Source: Escherichia phage vB_Ec-M-J
Sequence record: OQ718158.1
Strand: one strand, 5' to 3'
Length of the DNA: 64,000 nucleotides
Shown: positions 1 to 9,012 of the stretch, piece by piece
How the letters are laid out: the number at the start of each line of letters is the position of its first letter
How positions within the stretch are numbered: the first letter of the stretch is position 1
Program-made: the position numbers and the translations under genes
The notes under the pieces: generated by a model
Told to the model about the DNA's origin: nothing
What the model saw: only the letters and a program-made list of their open reading frames with translations
The model's database searches: none

Positions 1-2
1 AA

Positions 3-149
3 GAAGAATTCTTCCAAATGCAATGTGTGCTTGACACAAAAGGATTTGATGTGCTATTATTAAAGAATATACAGAAAGCTGTTAACGAATTAATATCCAA
101 TGACGAGTTAGGCAAAGTGAGGCTGTTCCATGATCTCGAAGTACAATGA
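3..149 (+). CDS. family-A paralog, 5'-truncated at window edge
   Basis: frame-3 ORF open from window start to TGA 147-149; translation begins EEFFQMQCVLD (family motif). Confidence 0.5.
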   Translation, partial: EEFFQMQCVLDTKGFDVLLLKNIQKAVNELISNDELGKVRLFHDLEVQ

Positions 150-705
150 AAGCAATGAGTACAATGAAATTCAGTACACCTACGCTAATGCAATCCTTAT
201 GGGACAAAAGTTAGCTTGTATTGTTGCAGCCTTATATAATGCACAGAAAGATTACAAGCGTCACATCCACAAATGTATTGGTATTATTCCATCGAAGTAC
301 AATACATATATTGCGTGCACGAGACATTTTGATAAACGATTCAATACACCTGATACCCCAAATGCCCATAGTGTTATTGGTCTTTTGGATTTTGCCCCTG
401 GTGCTGTTATTGGAAAGAATGATTTAGAGTACGCATGGTATAATAAAAATGCCCCGTTAGTAATGGTAAAATATGATACAGAAACGAACAAAGCAATAGA
501 GTACAATACATATAAATCAGAGGAAGAATTTTTCCAAGGTTCATTGCTTGTGCCAGTGCGTTTGTTATTTTATAATGTCATAATGAGTACAGTACACGAT
601 AGTCCATTACACAAGAATCACAAAATTAATTTCAATTTTTGTGCTTATGCGATTGATGGTGTTTATGAGTGCTTAATGGAGGTATTGAGTTATGAAGCTG
701 AATAA
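130..705 (+). CDS. hypothetical protein, family A
   Basis: 191-aa ORF; GAGG RBS upstream; motif EEEFFQGSLL. Confidence 0.65.
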   Translation: MISKYNESNEYNEIQYTYANAILMGQKLACIVAALYNAQKDYKRHIHKCIGIIPSKYNTYIACTRHFDKRFNTPDTPNAHSVIGLLDFAPGAVIGKNDLEYAWYNKNAPLVMVKYDTETNKAIEYNTYKSEEEFFQGSLLVPVRLLFYNVIMSTVHDSPLHKNHKINFNFCAYAIDGVYECLMEVLSYEAE

Positions 706-1033
706 TACATTTGATATTAAGAAGTTAAGAGAATGGTTTAATAGTATTGAAATTGACGCCATTCCTTATCATACATATGAACAAAGTGATTTACAAAGTA
801 TTGATATCAGTGAGTTGTACAAATATTATCAGAGTGCATTAGAGATGCATAAGTTATTTTTGAGTACAAATTTCATTCTAAATTACAATTTTGAGGAATT
901 TAATAATTATAATTTAGTACAGAAATATGTAGTAGCAAAGTACATGTACAATCAAGGAATTAAAGATTGCCTCGAATTCAATACCGTTCTTATTTTAGTT
1001 GAGGTAATTTTATGCACCGCATGTCTGATTTAG
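692..1033 (+). CDS. hypothetical protein
   Basis: 113-aa ORF overlapping the upstream stop; no family motif seen. Confidence 0.5.
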   Translation: MKLNNTFDIKKLREWFNSIEIDAIPYHTYEQSDLQSIDISELYKYYQSALEMHKLFLSTNFILNYNFEEFNNYNLVQKYVVAKYMYNQGIKDCLEFNTVLILVEVILCTACLI

Positions 1034-1509
1034 AGTTCAGTTTAGATGCAGCCTTTAAATTTGTTCACAAAATAGAAACAATATATCGTACATTATGTGC
1101 AATAACATCAGTATCAAAAGAGTTTGATGTTGGTGAAAGGTATCAGGTGTGGAATAATTCATTTTATAATAAAGAACATTCTGCGACGGCATTTTATATT
1201 TTAGCATTTAATCCCAGCAATTGTTACCCAGAGAAGCATGAACGTTATCCAAATGACGACATGTGGTTTGAGTACAAAGAAGATGCTGATATGTCGTCAA
1301 TTGTAGTTCCTGATGATTTTAATGCACAAGATTTAACAGAAGAGTGGTGGTTCCAGCAGAATTTAGTACATGATGATATTGATTTATTTTTCTATATTGC
1401 ATTTAAAATGCTTTATCACAACAATATAGTTAAAGAAAGTTTATCGTTTTCATGTCTATATATTGATGATTTGTACAATGAAATTCAAATAAACATGCCT
1501 GTATCGTAA
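1012..1509 (+). CDS. hypothetical protein, family A
   Basis: 165-aa ORF; GAGG RBS; motif EEWWFQQNLV. Confidence 0.6.
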   Translation: MHRMSDLEFSLDAAFKFVHKIETIYRTLCAITSVSKEFDVGERYQVWNNSFYNKEHSATAFYILAFNPSNCYPEKHERYPNDDMWFEYKEDADMSSIVVPDDFNAQDLTEEWWFQQNLVHDDIDLFFYIAFKMLYHNNIVKESLSFSCLYIDDLYNEIQINMPVS

Positions 1510-1581
1510 GATATGGGCTTTTTTTGTTTGACACGAGTACAAATGCATGGTACAATGTGTAATCATTTTAAGGAGATACCT

Positions 1582-2157
1582 ATGGAAAATTTTAAAATAC
1601 CAGATGATTTCAATTCAGTACAAGAGATTGTACACAAGGTTCATTATATTTTTAATGAATTAATTATTGCCAATTCATCCGGTATGCAAATTGAGTTAAA
1701 GGATATTGATAGAGAAGAAGTTTTTTTGGGTTCCCCAAATTCAATCATTCCTTTTTATGGTCAGGACCGTTTATGGTTCATGAGAGATACCCCAATTGAC
1801 AAATACAAAATACAAACAAAATCAGAGTTTTATTCTATTTTTGAATATCTTAATATTACATTACAAACACAAGATATAAATGCAATAAGTGCCATGAGTG
1901 CTGAGGAATATTTTCAGTACAGTACATTGCATAGTCCAGAAGAAATCTTTGTTGTTATGCTCGTTGCAAAATTGAGTACAGTTGATTTTGGGACGTACCC
2001 AAATAAATCATTCAAGATTATTATTCCTGCATTCGTTGATCTTTATGATTTCATTGTGCACAAGAAAGAAAGTACAGTGTACGATATGTATCGTTCAAAT
2101 ATCAGTTTATTTGCATCAAGTGCAGTAAATGCAGTGATTACAGGGGAATTAAAATGA
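1582..2157 (+). CDS. hypothetical protein, family A
   Basis: ATG 1582 preceded by AGGAG at 1571-1575 (ORF-track start 1513 lacks RBS); motif EEYFQYSTL. Confidence 0.65.
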   Translation: MENFKIPDDFNSVQEIVHKVHYIFNELIIANSSGMQIELKDIDREEVFLGSPNSIIPFYGQDRLWFMRDTPIDKYKIQTKSEFYSIFEYLNITLQTQDINAISAMSAEEYFQYSTLHSPEEIFVVMLVAKLSTVDFGTYPNKSFKIIIPAFVDLYDFIVHKKESTVYDMYRSNISLFASSAVNAVITGELK

Positions 2158-2762
2158 ACATAGATCAATTAATGAAGTACAGTACAAATACAATTCCAGT
2201 GCTAAGTAAAGCATTAGATGCATTCAATGCTAAGTACCCTGAAGGTTCAGAGTTAAATATTCCTTTTACCACAGAAGGGATTGTTGATACGTACATTGTA
2301 AACATCAGTAGTACAGGTATTGTTTTGAAGCAAAAGTACGGCGAAAGTGAATATTATGGATTGAAGCTGGATAATATTTCAGGAGAGAAGACACCTTATG
2401 AGTTTTGGGTTCCGAATAACATTGAGTCATGGAAAACAAATATTAATAAGAGAGACGAAAGAAATTTACCTCTTGTACAAAATAATGAAAAAAGAATTGA
2501 TGTATTTTATTATTACAGTACAGCCCAGTTTCCAGAAGAGATTTATTTAAATTCAGAGGTGCATGAAGATATTGAATCATTTTTCTTTCAGTTATCATTG
2601 GTACAGGATATCATGCCTGTGCAAATGTTCAGGGATGAAATAAATTTAGCGAAAGAGATTTCGGATATGTTACCTGAATTTAGTGTTCTTTATGGTAGTA
2701 GAGCTTTACCTGAAAATGTTTACAAAGAATTTATTTCCATTGTTAAAGGGTTGAATATATAA
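2154..2762 (+). CDS. hypothetical protein, family A
   Basis: 202-aa ORF, ATGA overlap with upstream gene; motif ESFFFQLSLV. Confidence 0.6.
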   Translation: MNIDQLMKYSTNTIPVLSKALDAFNAKYPEGSELNIPFTTEGIVDTYIVNISSTGIVLKQKYGESEYYGLKLDNISGEKTPYEFWVPNNIESWKTNINKRDERNLPLVQNNEKRIDVFYYYSTAQFPEEIYLNSEVHEDIESFFFQLSLVQDIMPVQMFRDEINLAKEISDMLPEFSVLYGSRALPENVYKEFISIVKGLNI

Positions 2763-2763
2763 T

Positions 2764-2958
2764 ATGACCGCCTATGATATCAAACAAAGGCATACGAAGT
2801 TTGATTTGTTCACATACCAATTCCACAATGATATAGTGAATTTTAACATCAATGCGTCCTTGCATCCTACATCACAAGATGATTTTGACAACAGAGTGCT
2901 TAACATCGTGGTGCTTTTGTGTTATAATCATTTCAGTGAATATTTTAACGCCAAATGA
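2764..2958 (+). CDS. hypothetical small protein
   Basis: 64-aa ORF filling the gap between family-A genes. Confidence 0.4.
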   Translation: MTAYDIKQRHTKFDLFTYQFHNDIVNFNINASLHPTSQDDFDNRVLNIVVLLCYNHFSEYFNAK

Positions 2959-2965
2959 GGCACAC

Positions 2966-3484
2966 ATGTATCAGGCCAAGTACAATACATCATATGCATT
3001 TGCACACAACATTTTGAAGATCATCAAAGCGTTAGAGGGTGGATTGCTTAGTCATAAGTACACCAAAGTAGGTGACAATTGGTTCAGAAATGATGATGAG
3101 TTCAGAAGTCATAAGATTGTTTACAGCAATAATTACAGTGCCAATTACCTTCAGGATGTTGCTATGTGCTTCGAATACGTGTTACAGTTCAGGGGTTCCA
3201 TCAGTCCTGATCTAAGAGAACACATGTACATTCGATACCTACCAATGCTTAAGGATGAGAAATCAATATTCAATTCAGTACACCACAGAGTACGAGAGAG
3301 AACATTCAGGGATATTTTAGAAGATGAAGCTGCATATTTCCAGCAATCATTGATTGATGCTCCTGATGTGTTACAGATGCAGAATTTGTATAATGTATTA
3401 GATGCGAACATCGATACGGATATCTTTTTTTCCTTAAGTGATTATGAAACATTTTTGGAAGATTTAAAGGAAATAGGATTATGA
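2966..3484 (+). CDS. hypothetical protein, family A
   Basis: ATG 2966 with GAGG RBS at 2957-2960; motif EAAYFQQSLI. Confidence 0.6.
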   Translation: MYQAKYNTSYAFAHNILKIIKALEGGLLSHKYTKVGDNWFRNDDEFRSHKIVYSNNYSANYLQDVAMCFEYVLQFRGSISPDLREHMYIRYLPMLKDEKSIFNSVHHRVRERTFRDILEDEAAYFQQSLIDAPDVLQMQNLYNVLDANIDTDIFFSLSDYETFLEDLKEIGL

Positions 3485-3825
3485 GTAGATTTTCAGTTTA
3501 TATAGTAAACGTCAGTAAAGATGGTAGTTTAATTGAATTTGATGTAGTTGATAACAATGATAATTCATATGGTATTAAGGTACAGGACAATGATGTACAG
3601 TTCAGTACAAGGACAAATTTTGAGAATCCAGTCCAAGTTCCGAATTTCATAGAAGATGAAGCTGCACGATTCCAACACGAAACGGCCTTTGATAATTTAG
3701 CGATGCATATTATTATGCAACAGAGTTTAGTTCAATTGCTTCAGGTATTCAGACAAAATATATATGTACATGAAGTGTCGATTAATGGCATTCAAAGTTC
3801 CGTTTTGTTCGGTACAAATATGTAA
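3481..3825 (+). CDS. hypothetical protein, divergent family A
   Basis: 114-aa ORF; degenerate motif EAARFQHETA. Confidence 0.5.
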   Translation: MSRFSVYIVNVSKDGSLIEFDVVDNNDNSYGIKVQDNDVQFSTRTNFENPVQVPNFIEDEAARFQHETAFDNLAMHIIMQQSLVQLLQVFRQNIYVHEVSINGIQSSVLFGTNM

Positions 3826-3835
3826 GGAAAGTACA

Positions 3836-4390
3836 ATGAGTTCAATGAGTTTATTAGATACATTAGAAAAAGACAGAAGTGCCATTAAGAGATTAAAAAA
3901 TCTTGTCCAGAGCATTGCGAACAACGCTGAGAAGTTCAGTGACAATCTTAGTATAGGTGATATAACCAGTACAGGAATAAAAACCCTGAAGTCAGATTTA
4001 TTAATTCATAAGGAAGATAAATTATTATTTGTATTGAGTTCAGATTTAATGGTTGCAAGTAATGGTTTCAATTCGATATCAACACAAGATGGTAGCACAG
4101 GATTATATCTATCACAGGGTGTCCAGACGAACGAACAAAAGTGTTTTAGTTCAGGAGTACAGAATCCCTTTAAGTTCAGTACAGAACAAGCTACAGAGCT
4201 TTTAGATGCTTCAGAAGAGATGTTATTTCAGTACAAAACGGTTCATACAGATTTTGAATTACGATGCATGTACGCTGTTAAGCATTATGTTCAGGAGTTC
4301 GAGAATTTAAGTTATCTTTTAGTTCGAACGAATACAAAGAACATTGGTGCATTAGAAGATTACATTTCAAAAGTTGTTAAAGGGTGCTAA
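3836..4390 (+). CDS. hypothetical protein, family A
   Basis: ATG 3836 after AGGAAAG; motif EEMLFQYKTV. Confidence 0.6.
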   Translation: MSSMSLLDTLEKDRSAIKRLKNLVQSIANNAEKFSDNLSIGDITSTGIKTLKSDLLIHKEDKLLFVLSSDLMVASNGFNSISTQDGSTGLYLSQGVQTNEQKCFSSGVQNPFKFSTEQATELLDASEEMLFQYKTVHTDFELRCMYAVKHYVQEFENLSYLLVRTNTKNIGALEDYISKVVKGC

Positions 4391-4399
4391 AGGGTGCTG

Positions 4400-4561
4400 A
4401 TGAAAGAGTTATTTGAAGAACAGTTCGATACATATGTGGATAATATTCTTTATTCTAGTCGTGCTAGTCAACGAGGAAATCGTGCTTACAACATAGATTA
4501 CCTATTAACGGTGCTGAGTTCACAGTACACCTACGCTGTGCAGAGGACATATTATGGATAA
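4400..4561 (+). CDS. hypothetical small protein (53 aa)
   Basis: short ORF not in the ORF track, ATG 4400 directly after a 9-bp tandem duplication; weak support. Confidence 0.3.
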   Translation: MKELFEEQFDTYVDNILYSSRASQRGNRAYNIDYLLTVLSSQYTYAVQRTYYG

Positions 4562-4757
4562 TTTTAGAGATGTTGCAAAGGAGAAGTTCAAGTGCAGTTT
4601 AGATTACGGTTTAAATGATTTTCTTACATGCACAATGTACAGGAATGATGATTATGAGCAATCCGTAATTTCGTTGCACAGATATTTCGAAATAATTTAC
4701 GCAAGATATCTTAGAAGGTTAGATGGGACAGGGGATTGGAATTATGATTACGTTTGA
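4554..4757 (+). CDS. hypothetical protein
   Basis: 67-aa ORF; GAGGA RBS 4543-4547. Confidence 0.5.
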   Translation: MDNFRDVAKEKFKCSLDYGLNDFLTCTMYRNDDYEQSVISLHRYFEIIYARYLRRLDGTGDWNYDYV

Positions 4758-4968
4758 AGAGCCGGAAGTGGTATATTGCTTTAGTGTGAAAGGTTTTGAA
4801 TACATGATGGATTCGATTTTGAAGGATACATATTTGGTTCAGATTGAAGTTACAGATAATACAGATAATGCATTACAGCGAGTATTGAATATATACGAGA
4901 GGACGAGTCGAAGGCTTTGTGCGATGAAAAGGATTGAAGAAATCAAGCTTTCTAGGCTGAATAAATAG
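4744..4968 (+). CDS. hypothetical protein
   Basis: ATG 4744 (MITFEEPE...) overlapping the upstream stop; GGGGA RBS-like. Confidence 0.45.
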   Translation: MITFEEPEVVYCFSVKGFEYMMDSILKDTYLVQIEVTDNTDNALQRVLNIYERTSRRLCAMKRIEEIKLSRLNK

Positions 4969-5174
4969 AGACGTTTCATTTTCACAGGCCGCAGGAGGGG
5001 GGGTCAAAAAAATTTTCGCTGAAAAACATGTTAAGGTATATGTTTAATATAAAGTTTTAAAATGTGTTCACAGAGTACAGTTCATGTTTCCTTAAACAAA
5101 AAAATACCCAGCCGCCGAACGTGCTCCTTATATTGGAGTTTACCTTATTAATTACAGTAGAGATTACAATTGAA

Positions 5175-5558
5175 ATGAAGATGCAAATAAAATATAATGA
5201 ATTTTGTGCAAGGACATTCATGTACACTGGTGAATTAGTTACGCACTGTAACTTATACAAGGGTGATTTAAACTACACAAGGGACAAGCTTATAAAATAC
5301 GAAAATGCTGACTTTTATTTGATGGATTTTAGTACTGGGTTTCATGGGATATCTATCGAGATGCCGGACTATACCGTACTTGATGATGCTGCACTGTTTC
5401 AGGAGGCATTAGTATTTGATAAGAAGTACATCTGTACATTAGAAGAGATAGTTGAAATCCAGCGTAGAATTAAATGTATTCACAGGGAATGTATAGATAT
5501 CTGGTGCAGGACTGGTGAGGCTGATTTCTGGAAATTTTTTAATCTAGGGGAAGAGTGA
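5175..5558 (+). CDS. hypothetical protein, family A (ELFQESL subfamily)
   Basis: start chosen by alignment to the next two paralogs (CNLYKGD); motif PDYTVLDDAALFQEALVFDKKY. Confidence 0.6.
   Translation: MKMQIKYNEFCARTFMYTGELVTHCNLYKGDLNYTRDKLIKYENADFYLMDFSTGFHGISIEMPDYTVLDDAALFQEALVFDKKYICTLEEIVEIQRRIKCIHRECIDIWCRTGEADFWKFFNLGEE
5361..5462 (+). repeat. nucleotide-level paralogous repeat, copy 1 of 3
   Basis: ~85% identical by eye to 5726-5827 and 6103-6186 (atgccggactata...gataagaagtac...). Confidence 0.6.
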
Positions 5559-5914
5559 TGGAATTTGATTTTGTAATATCAGTACATTCTTTTAAGAACA
5601 GTTTTCAGTACTTTTGTAATTTAAACAAAGGTGATTTAATGCACAGTGCAAATGAGTATATTCATTACACTCAGGGTAAATTTACATTCATTGATTACAA
5701 TTCATTACAGTATCCACATCAAGATATGCCGGACTATACAGTAATGGATGCCGCTGAACTATTTCAGGAGTCATTAGTATTTGATAAGAAGTACTTGTGT
5801 ACATTTGAAGAAGTAATTGCAATACAAAATGAAATGAAAGAGTATGACTCTTTGAATAAAGGCAATGTCAGTATTAATCAAGAATACAAATTCAATATAG
5901 GAATTCCAGAATGA
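5555..5914 (+). CDS. hypothetical protein, family A (ELFQESL subfamily)
   Basis: tandem paralog; motif PDYTVMDAAELFQESLVFDKKY. Confidence 0.7.
   Translation: MMEFDFVISVHSFKNSFQYFCNLNKGDLMHSANEYIHYTQGKFTFIDYNSLQYPHQDMPDYTVMDAAELFQESLVFDKKYLCTFEEVIAIQNEMKEYDSLNKGNVSINQEYKFNIGIPE
5726..5827 (+). repeat. nucleotide-level paralogous repeat, copy 2 of 3
   Basis: matches 5361-5462. Confidence 0.6.
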
Positions 5915-6255
5915 CATTTGATTTTTCTATGTTTATACCTAAGATTAGTACTTCACTGGAAGTGTATTGCAATCTTAACAAAGGTGATTATGAACACAAA
6001 ATGGATCAGTACATTAAATTTAATGGTTCTTACTTTAGCTTCATTGATTATCAGGCCAAAGGAACAGTTGTAGAAAATATGAAAGACTATGCAACTGTAC
6101 ATGGTGAGGCTGAAATATTTCAAGAGTCATTAATATTTGACAAGAAGTACTTGTGTACACTAGAGGAAGTTATTGAACTCCAACAGAAGATGAAAGAATA
6201 TAGAAGAATCTGCATAGAGACTGATTCCAAAGATAGGTATTGTTTTAAGCTATGA
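5911..6255 (+). CDS. hypothetical protein, family A (ELFQESL subfamily)
   Basis: tandem paralog; motif AEIFQESLIFDKKY. Confidence 0.7.
   Translation: MTFDFSMFIPKISTSLEVYCNLNKGDYEHKMDQYIKFNGSYFSFIDYQAKGTVVENMKDYATVHGEAEIFQESLIFDKKYLCTLEEVIELQQKMKEYRRICIETDSKDRYCFKL
6103..6186 (+). repeat. nucleotide-level paralogous repeat, copy 3 of 3
   Basis: matches 5400-5462 region (ttcaagagtcattaatatttgacaagaagtac). Confidence 0.5.
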
Positions 6256-6437
6256 ATAAAAAAGAACAAATGGAATCATTCATGAATACAATACTTCGAC
6301 GATTCGTAATTGATATTAGACATAACAACAGCATTAGGAATGATATGTACTTCGGTACATATGATATTAGTGAATTGTATATAGCTAATATTCACATGGT
6401 GTACCGAGATTATATCAAGACACAACACAGGAGTTGA
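6252..6437 (+). CDS. hypothetical small protein
   Basis: 61-aa ORF with ATGA overlap to upstream gene. Confidence 0.4.
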   Translation: MNKKEQMESFMNTILRRFVIDIRHNNSIRNDMYFGTYDISELYIANIHMVYRDYIKTQHRS

Positions 6438-6438
6438 T

Positions 6439-6909
6439 ATGAGTTTTTCAAGAGCATTAGAAATTGCTAAGTTAATTGATTTATGTAAAAAGGAAATAGT
6501 ACTCAATCGTCTCAATGGGTATCTATTCAAGGAAGGTAAAGCTTATTGTCGAATGATATACGATGACAGTAGTGAGTACATTCACATGTACGAAGAAAAC
6601 TTAGATTCTTCTGAAACAACACTCACTGGGTGTGATGTTAATCTGGAAGATAATTACATGTACTTCTGTCGTGATGCTGATATTTTAATACAATATACTG
6701 ACATTATAACTGGTGCAGCAGAAAAACATCTTCCGTATTCAGTACTGGATAATGACTGGGGAAGTGAAGAGTTCTACTTCCAGCAGAATACTATCTACGA
6801 GGAATATGTGCTTGACAAGCTTGTCATTCTGTGGTACTTTAATAATACCGATTGTCCTAGCTTCTATCTGGACTTGGATCTACTACGAGTTATTAAAGAG
6901 GATATATGA
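6439..6909 (+). CDS. hypothetical protein, family A (MSxxSAL subfamily)
   Basis: AGGAG RBS; N-terminus MSFSRALEIAK; motif SEEFYFQQNTIY ... LVILWYF. Confidence 0.7.
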   Translation: MSFSRALEIAKLIDLCKKEIVLNRLNGYLFKEGKAYCRMIYDDSSEYIHMYEENLDSSETTLTGCDVNLEDNYMYFCRDADILIQYTDIITGAAEKHLPYSVLDNDWGSEEFYFQQNTIYEEYVLDKLVILWYFNNTDCPSFYLDLDLLRVIKEDI

Positions 6910-7346
6910 GTTTAGCAAGTGCACTTAAACTGGCACACAAAATACATCACTTCCACGATAACATAAAAAGTGGTTTCTATGGTGATAAAGTAAGTGCATT
7001 TGGTAATGAGTATTATCTATCAGGTATAAAGACATACTCTGATGATATTTTACTTATGGGCCATGATAAAGACAATACTATACAGTACTCTTCATGTAGT
7101 CAATATACTAGTTTTTTTGTATATATTCCAGGTACTAAGATTACTTTTGACACATCAAATACACCTGTTGACTTCGGGATACTTGATGGGCCGTGGGGTA
7201 CTGAAGAGTATTACTTCCAACAGAGTCTTATTTTTAACCAAGAAATGCTTGATTCCTTGGTTGTTTTGTGGTACTTTAAGGAATTGAATTTTGAACCCTT
7301 CTTCCTTGACTGGGGAGCATGTGAATATTTAAGTACAGGGGATTAG
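6906..7346 (+). CDS. hypothetical protein, family A (MSxxSAL subfamily)
   Basis: N-terminus MSLASALKLAHK; motif GPWGTEEYYFQQSLIF ... LVVLWYFK. Confidence 0.7.
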   Translation: MSLASALKLAHKIHHFHDNIKSGFYGDKVSAFGNEYYLSGIKTYSDDILLMGHDKDNTIQYSSCSQYTSFFVYIPGTKITFDTSNTPVDFGILDGPWGTEEYYFQQSLIFNQEMLDSLVVLWYFKELNFEPFFLDWGACEYLSTGD

Positions 7347-7348
7347 TA

Positions 7349-7837
7349 ATGTCATTACAAAGTGCATTGAAAGAAGCAAAGAAGATTCATGAGTACATGA
7401 TTATGGTACAAGAAGGTTCAGTGCCTGGTGTGTATAAAACATCTGATACTGAATTTTTTGTAAAAGACCGCGACGATTATGATGAGTCAGAGATACATGC
7501 AGAAACGTTAGTACTACACACTGATACGGGTGATACTGATGACTGTGAATATCATATGTACAATCAATACATTAGTTATTGTAGAGATGAAGATATTATA
7601 ATTTACAGCCCTGATTACGATGATTATGACACAATCATTCCGTATTCAGTACTGGAAGGTCCGTGGGACAGTGAGGAATATTACTTCCAGAACAGTACTG
7701 TGTACAATGAAGAAGAATTAGATGTTATTGTAATTATGTGGTACTTTAAAAGTATTGGTTCTGGTAGTTTCTATTTCGATTATGAATACGTAGAGAATAC
7801 TGTAGGGGAAGATAATGTCATTACGAAGTGCTCTTGA
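7349..7837 (+). CDS. hypothetical protein, family A (MSxxSAL subfamily)
   Basis: N-terminus MSLQSALKEAKK; motif GPWDSEEYYFQNSTVY ... IMWYFKSI. Confidence 0.7.
   Translation: MSLQSALKEAKKIHEYMIMVQEGSVPGVYKTSDTEFFVKDRDDYDESEIHAETLVLHTDTGDTDDCEYHMYNQYISYCRDEDIIIYSPDYDDYDTIIPYSVLEGPWDSEEYYFQNSTVYNEEELDVIVIMWYFKSIGSGSFYFDYEYVENTVGEDNVITKCS
7631..7775 (+). repeat. nucleotide-level paralogous repeat, copy 1 of 2
   Basis: ~80% identical by eye to 8094-8233 (ggtccgtgggaYagtgaRgaRtattacttYcagaaYagtact...). Confidence 0.6.
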
Positions 7838-8258
7838 TAAAGCAAAAGAACTACAGGCATATATTGAAGATATTAAGGCTGGGAAGTTCGAAGAAGTATA
7901 CAAAGCCGAGAATGGTAACTACTACAAGGATTGTGATTTTGCTACAACTACAGTTATTCTTGGGTTGAATTCCAAAAGTCCCGCAGATTTTTCACAATAC
8001 AATCCAGATGCAGAATTTATCAGTTATGCTTATGGTGGTGAAATCCGTTTTTATAATCGCAGCAGACCTTTAAAATTGAACTTTGAAGTACTGAAAGGTC
8101 CGTGGGATAGTGAAGAGTATTACTTTCAGAATAGTACTTTGTATGATGATGAAGTACTAGATACTTTAGTTATTATGTGGTACTTTAAAAGTATTGATAG
8201 CACAAGATTTTATTTGGATTATGAATATGTACGTGCAGCACATAAGGGTAAACGATGA
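7815..8258 (+). CDS. hypothetical protein, family A (MSxxSAL subfamily)
   Basis: N-terminus MSLRSALDKAKE; motif GPWDSEEYYFQNSTLY ... IMWYFKSI. Confidence 0.7.
   Translation: MSLRSALDKAKELQAYIEDIKAGKFEEVYKAENGNYYKDCDFATTTVILGLNSKSPADFSQYNPDAEFISYAYGGEIRFYNRSRPLKLNFEVLKGPWDSEEYYFQNSTLYDDEVLDTLVIMWYFKSIDSTRFYLDYEYVRAAHKGKR
8094..8233 (+). repeat. nucleotide-level paralogous repeat, copy 2 of 2
   Basis: matches 7631-7775. Confidence 0.6.
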
Positions 8259-8569
8259 AATTCTTATACAGTATTCAGTACATTCCAGGTACAATTAGTT
8301 TAATGTATTTCTTCGATCATGATAATTTCCAGCACCTTGCCGTTAGAAGATGTAATGAATCTTTAATGATTGAATATCTTCACGATTGTGATTATATTCC
8401 CGACTTTCTTGAATGTGATTACAGAGATGATCATGAAACATTTCTTTTTCAGGAATCACTTATATGGGATAAGAGAATTAATTTTCATGCCTTAATTGAG
8501 ATACAAAAACAAGTGAAGTACTACTGGGATTACTTAATTACCCAAGAATATATAGAGATTGAAATATAA
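8255..8569 (+). CDS. hypothetical protein, family A (ELFQESL subfamily)
   Basis: 104-aa ORF; motif ETFLFQESLIWDK. Confidence 0.65.
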   Translation: MKFLYSIQYIPGTISLMYFFDHDNFQHLAVRRCNESLMIEYLHDCDYIPDFLECDYRDDHETFLFQESLIWDKRINFHALIEIQKQVKYYWDYLITQEYIEIEI

Positions 8570-9012
8570 TGTACGAAAGTGATCTTAAGCACGCTGAAGA
8601 ATTAGTTAATATAGTAAAGTTCTTTCAAAATAATATAAAGTACTTAGACTATAAAGGGGCATATATTAGTACTATAAGTGTTGGTACTGATATTCTAGGA
8701 TTAGGTAATGAATATAAGTACGAGTCACATGATTATGATTTGGAATTCAAGTACTTCGTATGGGATTCTGGAACTTTCTATTATATAGAGGAAGGTGGAA
8801 AATATTTTGAATTCACAGAAGAAGAAGTACTATTTTTAAATTCAGAAGATGCTTACTTCCAGTACAGTACTATATACCCAAATGGGGCGTTAAGAGCTTT
8901 AGTAGTTTTTAATGCATTCCTGAAAGAGAACTTTAATAATTCTATATTCATTGATTTAGATTATGTATATGAACTAAATCAGGTGATATATATGGAGTCC
9001 AGAGAAAAATGA
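8569..9012 (+). CDS. hypothetical protein, family A
   Basis: 147-aa ORF; motif EDAYFQYSTIY. Confidence 0.65.
   Translation: MYESDLKHAEELVNIVKFFQNNIKYLDYKGAYISTISVGTDILGLGNEYKYESHDYDLEFKYFVWDSGTFYYIEEGGKYFEFTEEEVLFLNSEDAYFQYSTIYPNGALRALVVFNAFLKENFNNSIFIDLDYVYELNQVIYMESREK

Noticed and set aside
221-427. Alternative-frame + strand ORFs embedded in larger ORFs (221..427, 6713..6928, 7042..7287, 9552..9737, 12947..13216, 13300..13521, 30412..30621, 36607..36876, 39814..40068, 45456..45653, 48213..48404, 48627..48836, 54563..54814, 57092..57325)
   Set aside because: Each is fully contained in a longer ORF with motif or paralogue support in another frame, and none has its own RBS.
4381-4399. 9-bp tandem duplication aagggtgct-a-aagggtgct at the 3' end of a family-A gene
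   Set aside because: Too short to call a repeat element; probably a replication-slippage footprint.
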